From NCBI GenBank assembly GCA_965287045.1, contig OZ336883.1, forward strand, positions 31,744,001-31,808,000: a DNA stretch of 64,000 nucleotides. Direction: 5' to 3'. The number at the start of each line of letters is the position of its first letter. Position 1 is the first letter of the stretch. Made by a program: the position numbers and the translations under genes. A model generated the notes under the pieces. That model ran no database searches. It saw only the letters and a program-made list of their open reading frames with translations, and was not told the origin of the DNA. The DNA comes from Carcharhinus amblyrhynchos (taxonomy: Eukaryota). This document shows, piece after piece, positions 52,923 to 64,000 of this stretch.

Positions 52923-53419
52923 CACACTTACACGTCCATTATGGCCATTGTCAACTTTTGTTTAATCATTCATGGAATGTGAACATCACAGTCGAAGCCT
53001 GCAACTATTGCCCCTCCCTTAGTGCCCTTGTAAAAGTGGTGGAAAACTGCCTTTCTAAAGCACTGCACCCTGTGTGGTCAAGGTATTTTCATGATGCTGT
53101 AAAGTTGGGCATTCCAAGATTTTGGTCTAGTTGCATTGAACAGAGGATGATGCACTTTTTCAGAATGCTGTGTGACTTGTTTTACCCTTACTCTTTTAAG
53201 CCATAAAGAGCACAAATTTGAGAGGTGCCATTGAAGTTGCTGCAGTTTATTTCAGCGAATCTTCACACCCACACACTACTTTACCCTTTGAGGAATAGTG
53301 GGAGAGCGATGGAAAGCTTCCCCAGCTGATTTTCAGCCTGTTGAACCATGTTACGAATGCTCCTTCCCTGGCCAACAAATCCTGTCTTTGGACTCGAACC
53401 CAAAGCTTCTGGTAAGTGC

Positions 53420-54640
53420 TACCTCTGTGCCACAAGGCCTCCTAGTTGCTGCAGTGCACTTTTGTACATGGCGCACTGTGGCTGCAGTGCGTACCAGTGG
53501 CGATGGGAGTGAATGTTTAAAGTAGTGAATGGGGTGCCAATAAAGCTTTATCCTGGATAGTGTTGAGCATCTTGAATGTTTTGAGGATTGCACTGATCCA
53601 GGCAAGTAGAGAGTATCCCATCACACTCCTGACGTAAGCCTTGTAGATGGTGAATGAACTTTGGGGAGTCAGGACATGATTTACTCAATGTAGAATTCCC
53701 AGTCTCTGACCTGCTCTTGTAGTTAGTGTTTATCTGGCTAGTTTCTGATCAATGATGGGCCATTGAGTGTTGATGCTGGGGAATTCCACAACAGTAATGT
53801 AACTAAGTGTCAAGGGGAGATAGGTTCTCTCTTGCTAGAGATGGTCATTGCCTTCCATCTGTGGTGCAGATGTTCAAAGAATCTTAAAAAGTTTACAGCG
53901 CAGAAAGAGGCCATTGGTTCATTGTGTCTGCTCTGGTCAAAAAATGAGCCACCTAGCCTAACCCCACTTTTCAGCATTAGGTCCACTGCCTGCAAATTGC
54001 AGCATTTTGGGTGCATCTTTTAAATCAGTTAAGGATTTCTGCCTCTACCATCCTTTTTTGGGCAATGATTTCCAGACCCCCACAACCTTCTGGATACAAA
54101 ACATTATCCTCATCTCCCCTCTAATCTTTCTACTAATCACTTTTTTAAATCTATGGCCTCCACTGTTCCAAGGGGAACAACCCCAGCCATTCAATTTTAT
54201 AACTGCAATTTTCCAGTCCTGACAACATCTTTCCAAATCTTCTTTGTAGTCTCTCTAATGCAGTGATACCCTGAAATGTTACTTGCCCAAGTATCAACTC
54301 AAGGCTGAATGTTAGGATACGGACAGTGTCAGTATCTGCAAATGGAACGGAGCATCATGCAATTATTAGCAAACATCTGCACTTCAGGCCTTATGTTAGC
54401 AGGAAGATCATTTAAGAAGCAACTGAAGATGGTTGGGCCTTGAATATTATCCTGAGGAACAGCTGCAGCAGTGTCCTGAGGCTGAGATGATTGACATCCA
54501 ACAGGCACAGCAATGTTCCTTTGTGCCAAATATGACTCCTTGACTCCAACTGATTTCAGTTTGACTAGAAATTTTTAAGGCCATCTCTGGGTAAATACTT
54601 CCTTAACATCAAGGGCAGTCACTGAGTTCAGCTCTTTTGT
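53420..54640 (-). mobile_element. LINE RT remnant with nested CR1 3' fragment
   Basis: VPQ..IQGPTIFSCFLNDL...MFA RT motif in ORF 54329-54529. Confidence 0.7.
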
Positions 54641-56745
54641 CCACTGGCAACAGTGTGTTCGCAACCTTGGTGTCAGATTTGACCCTGAGATGACCTTCAG
54701 GCCTCATTTGTGCCATCACTAAGAGTGCCTAATTCCACTTCTACAAAACAATCTATTCATTAGTTGAGATTGGGCTGTAGCTTGTAATCATCAGGAACTT
54801 TCCTCGCCTATCAAATTGAATTTTTTTGCTCAAGAAGATGGATTAAGGGAAAGAATGAATGTCGTCTATTTTTAAGAAAGCTTTAGAGAAAGTACCACAT
54901 AAAAGACTGATTAATAAAATTGAGGCTTATGGAATAGGTGGGTTAGTGTCAGCTTGTTTAAGAAAAATTGGCTGAAAGGCAGATAACAGCGAATCATGTT
55001 AATTGTTTTTTTCGGTCTTGATGTTAGTAAACATAGTTGTTCCCCAAGGGTCAATGATGGGTCATGGCTTTTTTGTAAAGAGACAGAGAGGGAGGTGACA
55101 GGCGCCGGTGTGTCGCGACTGGGAATTTTCACCATAACTTCATTGCAGTGTTAATGAAAATTTACTTGCAACACTAATAAATAAAGTTTAAACTTTTTCA
55201 ATTCTAAAACGTATACCAGGGCAGAGAATCTGGGGGTTTATGCGCATAGATCTTTGGTGGCAGGATATCATGAGGAAGTAGTTAGCAAATCATGGGATTA
55301 TGGGTTTCATAAATAGAGATATTCTATACAAAAGCAGGGAAGTTGTGCTGAAATTAGCAAAGAGATTGCTGTAAATATTCAAGTGGCTCTGGAGCACCTG
55401 TGGAGAGAAACAGGATTAACATTTAAGTTTATTTATTAGTGTCACAAGTAGGCTTACATTAACACTACAATGAAGTCACTGTGAAAATCCCCTAGTTGCC
55501 ACACTTTAACACCTGCTTGGGTATACTGAGGGAAAATTCAGCGTAAGCAGCACATTGATGATAAGAGTTAAATAATTGCACATCCATCAGTTTAGATCAA
55601 AACTCTGTAGTACTGCCACATCCATTCATGAATTAAATAACCAATAGGAGGTGAAAACTTCATGAACATCCCCAACCTCTCAGAAGCTCAAGCTCATGAG
55701 TGCAAAAGGTTAGGCTTACAAAGCATTTGCAACAATCTCCAGCTAGAAAAACCAAATGGATAATCCATCTTGCCCTCCTCCTGAGGCAACATAAACTATT
55801 ATAATCCTGTACTCATCTGGAGCATAGATTTCAAAATGGTAAACTTCCTTTATCAGTATGTCAAAAGCTATCATAAATGAGGACTAAGTCACCTTGTGAT
55901 TAATTAATATTTGCATTTATACGTATGGCCAAAAACTTGTGACGCTTTTATCTCACGTAAGGGAATACAAAACTATTCCACAAGGTGACAACCAGTTAAA
56001 ATGTTTTCCCTAAGCCAGTGGCAATTTAAACAAAAAATCAAATAAAGGGGCACGCTCGCAGTGTAGCATGTTGGAACAATGTCATTCCATATCAGCTGCT
56101 AAGATGTTGTTTAACGCAAGTGTAGTCTGACTGATTTCCTACTGACCTTTTTAATTGTATCCTGAAATATTTGGTGTAGATTTTTCATAGAGACTTCCTG
56201 ATGAGAAATACTTGAGATAGCCATCAAGAACCATTCAAAAAATGGATGTGTGGAAAGGGAAAGGAATGAGGCTGATCAGAGTGAAAGATGGTCAACAAGT
56301 GTGGATAGAGAAGAACCAGATAATAGAAGCAGTGAGGGGCCAAAGAGGTGGGGGAATCTACAATAAAATGTATGAAAGATAAACTATTCTGACAGCAGAA
56401 CTGGAACCTATTATAGCAGTAGGGACACTACAGCATAGCATTGAACTTCCAGCATGAGAGTGTTTAAAACATAGCTGAGAGTGTTAAAGAATACAATACA
56501 CAGAGTATAGTGTTAAAATGGAGTGAAGAGGTGAGGAGGCATTGTAGCTCTATATGTCAGGGACAGCTGGGAGATTAAAGTCAAATAAGGGATTACTGGA
56601 CAATATTTTAGTCATTTTTTTTCTTGTCTGCACTATCCTTGGGTTTGCTTCAACCTTATTCTGCACTCATTGAACACCTAAGGCATCTTGGTTTCAGCAT
56701 TAATGATCCAAATCATCTTTAATGGTTTCTAACTGCAAAGGAGAC

Positions 56746-56959
56746 TTAAATAGCTTGGTAATGAAAATAAAGTATCTTCAAACCTTGCGATGTGCAAATG
56801 ACATTCAGCTGGATGTATAGTGCCAGATATCTGCTTCCATTTAATAGGTTTCTCCATAATTGAAAGATCATTTTCAATATATCACTTAGGCTTTTCCAAA
56901 ATATGTTTTGAGATTTTAATGAATAAGGGGAACAATGCAAACCATGTCTTTTTGCAAGC
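56746..56959 (-). pseudogene. LLTP-like pseudogene remnant, start of the Vitellogenin_N helical domain
   Basis: Acceptor actgacag|. KSLSDILKMIFQLWRNLLNGSRYLALYIQLNVICTSQGLKIL resembles the LLTP 'R.LS...L..LW......LLDAL..CGT' pattern. Confidence 0.4.
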
Positions 56960-57081
56960 CTGTCAGTATCTGGCCCGTCATTGCCACTGATATTAATTAC
57001 TAATATTTAAAGTCAATGAGGTGAAGAAAGCAAGACTCCCTCAAATTCAGAAATAAAACAGCAAATATATTTTGAGGCTTA

Positions 57082-57390
57082 TGGTGGCACAGTGGTTAGC
57101 ACTGCTGCCTCAGACCACCAAGGACCTGGGTTCAATCCTGGCCTTGGGTCACTGTCTGCGTGGAGTTTGCACATTCTCCCCATGTCTGCGTGGGTTTCCT
57201 CCGGGTGCTCCAGTTTCCTCTCTCAGTCCAAAGATGTGCAGGTTAGGTGGATTGGCCTTGCTAAATTAACCCTGGTGACAGAGGATTAGCAGGGTAAATA
57301 CATGGGGTTATGGGGATAGGACCTGGGTGAAATTGTTGTCAGTGCAGGCTCGATGGGCCGAGTGGCCTCCTTCTGTACTGTAGGGATTCA
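57082..57390 (+). mobile_element. V-SINE (HE1-like), CR1-type tail
   Basis: Full head, V-domain and tail ending tgtagggattc. Confidence 0.9.
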
Positions 57391-57879
57391 ATGATTGAAT
57401 GAAAATGTTTCAGTATACATGGAGACATGCATGCCATCCTGGAAAGGCAGATCATGTACTATCAATGCTCGTCTGATTTCATATCCTTTTCACACTGAAC
57501 TTTAATTGCAACGTCTATTTTTTAGTTTATTTTTATCCATGCGCTTATCCATACAAGTTTTGCAAATACACTTTCTTTATCAGTTACATGTGTTTTAAAG
57601 TCACACGACAGAAGATTATCATTTGATTGGAATAAACATTGATTAATGTTGAACTCTGGATATCACTATCATTATAAAACTACAAAGTCCATAAATGCTT
57701 GATGTTCCGTACCAATTACATTGCTATCTAAACTGGATAAGATTTCATAATGCAGTTCCATTGTGACCTGGGCTTAGTGATGGGGGTGTGGATTCTATGG
57801 TGACTTTTTGTTCCAGCAAAAGACCAGTGAGCTGAAATGAGTAGCTTACTCTGTGCAAGGGATAATCAGAACTTTGATT

Positions 57880-59120
57880 GAATGCGTTTGAATGTTCCCT
57901 GTTACGGACTTGGACTTGGCTGCATTGAGCATTATGTCAAAATTTACAGATGTCACAGATCTTGGAAGTATTGTAAACTGTGAGGAGGATAATGGAAGTC
58001 TTAAAAGCAGCCTTCGACTAGTAGAATAGATAGGCACATGGTAATGAAATTTCATGTAGAAAGCATGAAGTCTTGGTAGGAAGAAGGGCAAGAGACAATA
58101 TAAACTAAAGGGGACATATGGGGACAGAGAAAGCTGGGAGCCTTTCTACACACAACATTGAAGATGGCAGAGCATATTGTGTTACCTTTGATCCATCCTC
58201 ATTCCAAAGGTCAGCCACACTGTGTACAATCTTTCTCCACTGATTTATATTCTCTGCTGCCCTCATTGCCTGTCCCATATGGAGGCCATCTTGGGTTGTC
58301 TGTGGGCACATTTTCTGATGCTTTGCCTTGCATTACCTATTTTTTCTTAACATTCCCCTCAGGTTCACATCACGTGTCCAAAATATGTGACCTTCCTTGA
58401 CATCACTGTCTTGGGCTTTAAAGACATGGGCTGGAATTCTCCTCAGGCTTCCCAGCGGCCTGGGGTGGCTTCAATAGGAATTTCCAGTGACAGCGGCAGG
58501 ACCAGAGGATCCCACCACCAGTGAATGGCTCGCTGCCTCACTGAGAAAATTGCTGAGGGGAAGCCAGAGAATGTTGCCCATAGAGTACACAAGCAAGGAA
58601 CAAAGGATGAACCTTTATTAAACACTGGTTCAATCTCAACTAGAGTACTATGTTCAATCCTGGACACCGCATAAGATAAAGGATGTGAAGGCTTTGGAAA
58701 GGATTGAAGAGAAGATTTAGGAGAATGGTTCTTGGGATGAGGGACTTCAGTTACAAGGATACTTTGAAGAAGCTGGGATTGCTCTTCTTAGCTAAGAGAA
58801 GGTTGAAAGGAAATTTGATGAGTGTCCAAAACCATGAGAGGTATAGGTAGACAAGATAAAAATAACTATTCCCTTCAACGGAGAACCAGGAACCAGAGGG
58901 CACAGATTTTAATTAATTGGCAAAGAAAACAAAAGTGACATGAGAGAACATTTTTCTATGTAGCAACTAGTTTGGGTCTGGATTCACTGCCTGAGAGCAT
59001 AGTCAAGGGAGCTTCAATTGGCTTAAGATAAGCAATTGATAATAGATAAGCACAGTAGAAAAATATTTGCAGAGAAACTGGGAAAGATCAGAGGGATGGG
59101 ACTAGCTGGATTACTCTGGC
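57880..59120 (+). mobile_element. CR1 LINE remnant with nested inserts (MITE-like 58428-58579)
   Basis: KFTD.T.LG and LVQSQLEY motifs. Nested element with inverted ends gggctggaattctc / gagaatgttgccc. Confidence 0.65.
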
Positions 59121-60223
59121 AAAGAATTAGGGAGGGATTTTCCGATCCTGCCGCTACAGGAATGGTTGTGGGCAGGATGGAAAATTTGATGGACCAGCAA
59201 AAGGTCAATGGACCTCGGGCCGGGTAGTGGGTGGGAGGAGGAAAGCCCACTCTTGGTGTGGACTCGGTGAGCCCAAAGGCCGCCTCCTATACCACAAAAT
59301 ATGATCTGGGCTAATCACACTTGTTACAATCTCTCTCTTTAAAATAAAGAAAATTCAACACCCCAATTATTTACTAAAAGAATAAAGTCACAAATTGCAG
59401 TGTTTGAAATAGAAAATTTTTTTATTATGCAAGAGTCAAAGAAGCATACACTAAATATTGTCTATCCTGTACTCGAACATAAAAGAGAGGCAGAGCACAA
59501 AGAAAAGAGGACATGTCCTCTCTCTGTCTGACCCCAAAAACCTAAAATGAACATGAGGTAAACATTAATTAACAGGCAAATTGTAGTTGAATATAAGCTA
59601 TAAATTGCACATTAAAGAGCAGATACAACCAAGGTAGTTCTTGAGAATTGGCTCAGCAGTCCACTCAGAGTTTGATGATTGCACTCAAGTCACAAAGTCC
59701 TGCCTTCCTCACAAAGAATTTCAGCTCCTCTCCTTCTAGGAGCTTGTCTGACACCCAGATGACAGCAGGGCACAGTCAACCCAAATTCCATGGACACAGT
59801 CTTCACCACAGTTGCCACACATCTGCAGCACCTGCTCAACTCAGTCTGGGTAGAGTAGAGCCACCAATGTTATCTTCAAGTAACAGAAACAGCTGCAATA
59901 ATTTTTCCCTTAACTTCTGGATCTGGACTCTGCCTTTTTCAACTTGCCTGCTCTGCATCATTGGACTCACCAACTGCTACTACTCAGCTTGGACTGATCT
60001 GAGCCTTTATGCATCTTTCAACCAGGGGAAGTTTGCCAGAGATTTTGGTTTCTAAACCTCTGTTTATTTTTGTTTCTTTAGAAAGCAGGGAGGGGGGTGG
60101 TGGTTTCCTTTCTATGTTTACCTGTTATGTTTCCCCTCCTTTTCCCTTTCCAGTTCAGTTTCTGTTTTTGTCAGAGTCTTCCTCAAAAATACAAATTAAA
60201 TTTAAGAATGTAAAATCCCTCAC

Positions 60224-60488
60224 CTGCATTTGGAGGAATTTGCAGGCTGTCTCCTGAGAGTAGGGAAGGAAAGAAATGGGTACAGAAATAGTTGCACATC
60301 TAATCAGATCATTGTGATGCAGTGGCTTGTTTTTTTTTAAACCCTTCAATCTGGTTTCCACTCTAGGTGTAACCATTGACAAAATGATGCCAGCCCACAC
60401 ACATTTCCTATCCACGTGTTCAATGTCAGTTCCAGCTAATTATCATTCTCGATAATAAATCTGAAATATCTTTCAGCTTCTTATGTTT
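60224..60488 (-). pseudogene. LLTP-like pseudogene remnant, Vitellogenin_N beta-barrel exon
   Basis: Acceptor ctcatttag|, strong donor CAG|gtgagg. Reads ERYFRFIIENDN*LEL..TWIGNV[+2 nt TG slip]WAGIILS (60377-60414; LLTP W..N.KRGILS spacing), then HNDLIRCATIS (LLTP E.D..G.C.T.Y-like). Confidence 0.55.
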
Positions 60489-61954
60489 CTAAATGAGGAG
60501 GCAGGTAACGGTAATTAAGAACAGATTTATCTTTTACACATCAGTTTTTCCAGTCTTTTATATTTGATTTGCTTTAGATTTCTCCTTTCAATATCATTTG
60601 TTTCTCTCCCAATGTTCTTCCATTTCTCTTTCACCCCCTCTTTCATTTATCTTTGTTTCATCCTTTGCTGTTTTTGGTTTCTTTCCTCAACTTCTGTTTC
60701 TCTCACCCTTTTATCCCTTCTGTTTTTCCTGCTCTTTGATTGCTTTGCTGTTAACAACTTCAATCTCCTCAACCCCATCAACATTCTGTGTGATGCTTCG
60801 AAACACTCCACATCAGGAACGTAGAAAATAAAAGCAGGAGTAGGCCATTCAGCCCTTTGAGCCTGCTCCGCCATTTATTATGATCATGGCTGATCATCAA
60901 ATTCAATACCCTGATCATCCCTTCCTTCTCCATTGCTCCCCAAATTACACATATACCTGCACATACATACATACAGACTTCTGCCAACATCCTTTCCCCT
61001 GGCCAACTACCATTAATACTTGTTATTCAACAGCTCAACCCATTCCCATTTACAAATTAAGAACTTCTACAACTTCATCTAGTCCTTGCATCCTCAGTTT
61101 CCCCAGCTCTGGCCAATTGGATAAGCCCTCATTTCCACTCCCCCACCCCACCCCAAACCCAAGTTTGTGACGGGATTTTCAGTTTCTAGATTATACTGTG
61201 TAGAATCCTCTGTCCACGCACCTTTCTATCACTGCAAATTTTCAAAAGTCCCCTTGAAACTTGAATTGTCCATTTTTGTTGTCCTTTTGTTCGCTGCAAA
61301 GTGACTTGATACCTTTTGTTACGTTAATGGTGCTACACGATGAATTGATTTGCTTTTCCTCTTTATATAGAATCCAATAGGTCTATGTTTACTATAAACC
61401 TGTCTGCTGCCAGATTTTATTGATAGACCTGGCACTGTGAATCACTGCTACGAACCTAGTTAAAATCACCCTGGAATCCAAATGATGTGACTGGTAAGAC
61501 CTAGGAGTGAGGGCTACATATGATGCCAAACACCAGGGTCTGTGGTCTAAGGGAACCTGGAATTGTTTTTTTTTTAAGTGGCGTTTCATGTCATACAGAT
61601 GGAACAGTCAAATATGACAATCTGACAGACTGGTTTTAAAAAAAATGAAACCAGCAGTCTGACAGTTCTAATTTCATAAAGCTGGTCTTCCAGGTCCGTT
61701 TTTCTGAGTTTCTGCGCTGCTGCTTTCAATCTTCAGACATGTATATGTTTCCAATTTATTTATTTGAGAAAGTCACTGGGTATCCATAAAGCTGATTAAT
61801 TGGCTGAAACTGTTTCCATTTGAGCTGAAGTATTTCCAGTTGAATATTTACTTGAAAAAATGGTAAGTGAAATCCCTATCAAAATTCTGGAGCAAGTTGG
61901 ATGCCTGGGGAGAAGTGAGTGAATGGTGGGGGATAGTGGGGAGATATGAATTTA

Positions 61955-62237
61955 AAGTTTAAAGGTCTTATTTATTAGTCACAAGCAGGCTTACATTAAT
62001 ACTGAAATGAAGTTACTATGAAAATCCCCTGTTCGGCTACACTGAGGGAGAATTTAGCATGGCGATTGCACCTAACCAGCACATCTTTCAGACTGTGGGA
62101 GGAAACTGGAATACCTGGAGGAAACCTACACAGACTCGGGGAGAACATGCAGATTCTGCACGGATAGTGACCCAAGCCAGGAATCAAACCTGAGTCCCTG
62201 ACGCTGTGAGGCAGCAGTACTAACCACTGTGCTACTG
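61955..62237 (-). mobile_element. V-SINE with type-2 tail
   Basis: Head, V-domain and type-2 tail in reverse complement. Confidence 0.85.
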
Positions 62238-63057
62238 TGAATTTACCATGTCCACATAGTGCAATGTGCAAAACATGTTATTGAGGGCTGAAGCAGCCAC
62301 CAAAGTCAGTGTTATTGCTGTAGTGTTATAAATAATGAATGGGATATTTTCCCATCAAATGTGGAATATTGCATGATGCTGTTAAAGTCAAATTTTTACT
62401 TTCTGATTTGTTTCGTAGTCGCAATGGGATCACCTCTAGGACACACACAAACTAACACAGCATTACATCACGGTTGGTCTTAATATCACTGACCTATGCT
62501 ACTTATATAGCAGATGATATTTGTAACCAGACGCCAGAAATGGGCATCATAAATTTATCACAGCCTTTCTGTGAGTGGTTGGTGAATTGATTGGTGATTC
62601 TTGAAAGAGGTAAAATATCATGCATGATTCAAGGAGAGGGTTAAAAGCAGGGGTTGGGGTGGTTGGAGGGGTGGGGTGGGGAGGGGATTAGGGGGCCTGG
62701 AAATAGCAGAAATTTCAGGACAGATGATGTCTCTACCTGGCCCTGGTAATTTTAACTATTTGAAGCCACTTTGTGCCCAACCGTGCTAGGACAGCCTGAT
62801 GTTCCTGAAAATCTGGCAGTTAAAATGATGGTAAACATGAATGCATCAAGAATACAGCAGGAAGCACCTGGTTTCCAAATCTTAATCACCCTTCCAGGAT
62901 TAGCATCCTATGATTTTTGAAAGCATCACAATTAGTCCAAACAAAACATCTTGAATGGGTGTAACATTAATGTCCTGGTCACGAAACAATCTCTACAGCA
63001 ATTCCCAGACTATGTAAGCCTTGGATTGGATACTCGAAGCAGAGGAAGGTACATCAC

Positions 63058-63142
63058 CATAGGAAGAGTGAAACCCAGTTTTAGAAATGCTATAACAAAC
63101 AGCCAGGACTAACAAGGTTAGCCAAATGACCTCCCTCTGCAT
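63058..63142 (-). pseudogene. Putative first coding (signal peptide) exon of the LLTP-like pseudogene
   Basis: ATG at 63142 in gcaATG context gives MQREVIWLTLLVLAVCYSISKTG, with a hydrophobic h-region. Weak phase-1 donor G|gtgatg at 63058. Confidence 0.45.
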
Positions 63143-63194
63143 TGCTTTTAGGAAGTGGCCAATAAACACAATCAGCACAGTTCCTCAGTGACTT

Positions 63195-63697
63195 AAAGTT
63201 TATTTATTAGTGTCACAGGTAAGCTTATATTAACACTACAATTAAGTTACTGTGAAAATCCCCTAGTCGCCACATTCTGGTGCCTGTTTGGGTACACTGA
63301 GGGAGAATTAAGCATGGCCAATGCACCTAACCCGCACATCTTTCGGACTTAGAATCATAGAACCCTACAATGCAGAAAGAAGCCCTTCAGCCCATCGAGT
63401 CTGCTCCAAACACAATCCCACCCAGGCCCTATCCCCATATGCCTACATATTTTACCCCCTAATCCCATTACACATCCCTGGACGCTGAGGGGCAATTTTA
63501 GCATGGCCAATCAACCTATCCCGCACATCTTTGGACTGGGGGAGGAAACCAGAGCACCCGGAGGAAACCCACACAGACACGAGGAGAATGACAAGGGGAG
63601 AATATGCAAACTCTGCACTGATAGACCCAAGCTGGGAATTGAACCTGGATCCCTGGCACTGTGAGGCATCAGTCCTAACCACTGTGCAACTGTGCCA
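63195..63697 (-). mobile_element. Two adjacent V-SINEs (type-2 tail, truncated, 63195-63350; CR1-tail copy 63351-63697)
   Basis: Both tail types are visible back to back, with one full head. Confidence 0.85.
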
Positions 63698-64000
63698 TCC
63701 TCAGACTTGTCAGGGGCTCCACTGGAGTGGTGACTATAGAGTGCCCCAATTTATTCAGAATATTAAACTAGAATAGGCACCTCATAATTCTACAAGGAAT
63801 CTAGAGTTTAAGGACTGTGCACATTACAGCACATTAAAATTATATTTGTACAATTATAAATGAGGGAACTAAATACAAGTCAACTTTCTAATTTCTATGA
63901 TGGAAGTTTTAGATATTTATGTGAAGAATAGTTTTGATTTTTGTTCTAAGAGTGTGAATAAAAGGACTTGACTGGATTTAGGGTTTAAGAACTGAATAAT

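Noticed and set aside
59648-60055. 135-aa plus-strand Ser-rich ORF
   Set aside because: No domain, non-ATG start, and it lies in repeat-like (possibly LTR-derived) sequence.
45420-64000. Expected syntenic BAG5 downstream of TRMT61A
   Set aside because: No long ORF or BAG-domain sequence was seen; it presumably lies beyond the window.

Overview
Cartilaginous-fish (shark-like) genomic DNA, judged from the abundant V-SINE/HE1-like, Deu-SINE and CR1 repeats. It covers the CKB-TRMT61A locus, an adjacency also seen in mammals. The minus strand at the left end carries the 5' part of creatine kinase B: non-coding exon 1, TWO tandem alternative first coding exons (MPFSNSH- and MAPLK-type) and exon 3. 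A CpG-rich, probably bidirectional promoter at ~2.57-2.87 kb appears to be shared with TRMT61A (+ strand; three coding exons at 18.2, 33.2 and 45.1 kb; 307 aa). The main hidden feature is a series of splice-bounded, stop- and frameshift-disrupted minus-strand exon remnants from ~63.1 kb to ~6.7 kb. By manual reading they give, in the right order, a signal peptide, Vitellogenin_N, DUF1943, a beta-rich region, VWD and C8/C-terminal motifs. This suggests a dead large-lipid-transfer-protein (apolipophorin/apoB/vitellogenin superfamily) gene interleaved antisense with TRMT61A. That call rests on motif recognition by eye and needs a profile search. The window also holds a diverged U2 snRNA-derived element, an LF-SINE-like relic and nested transposon insertions. 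Repeat boundaries are approximate.
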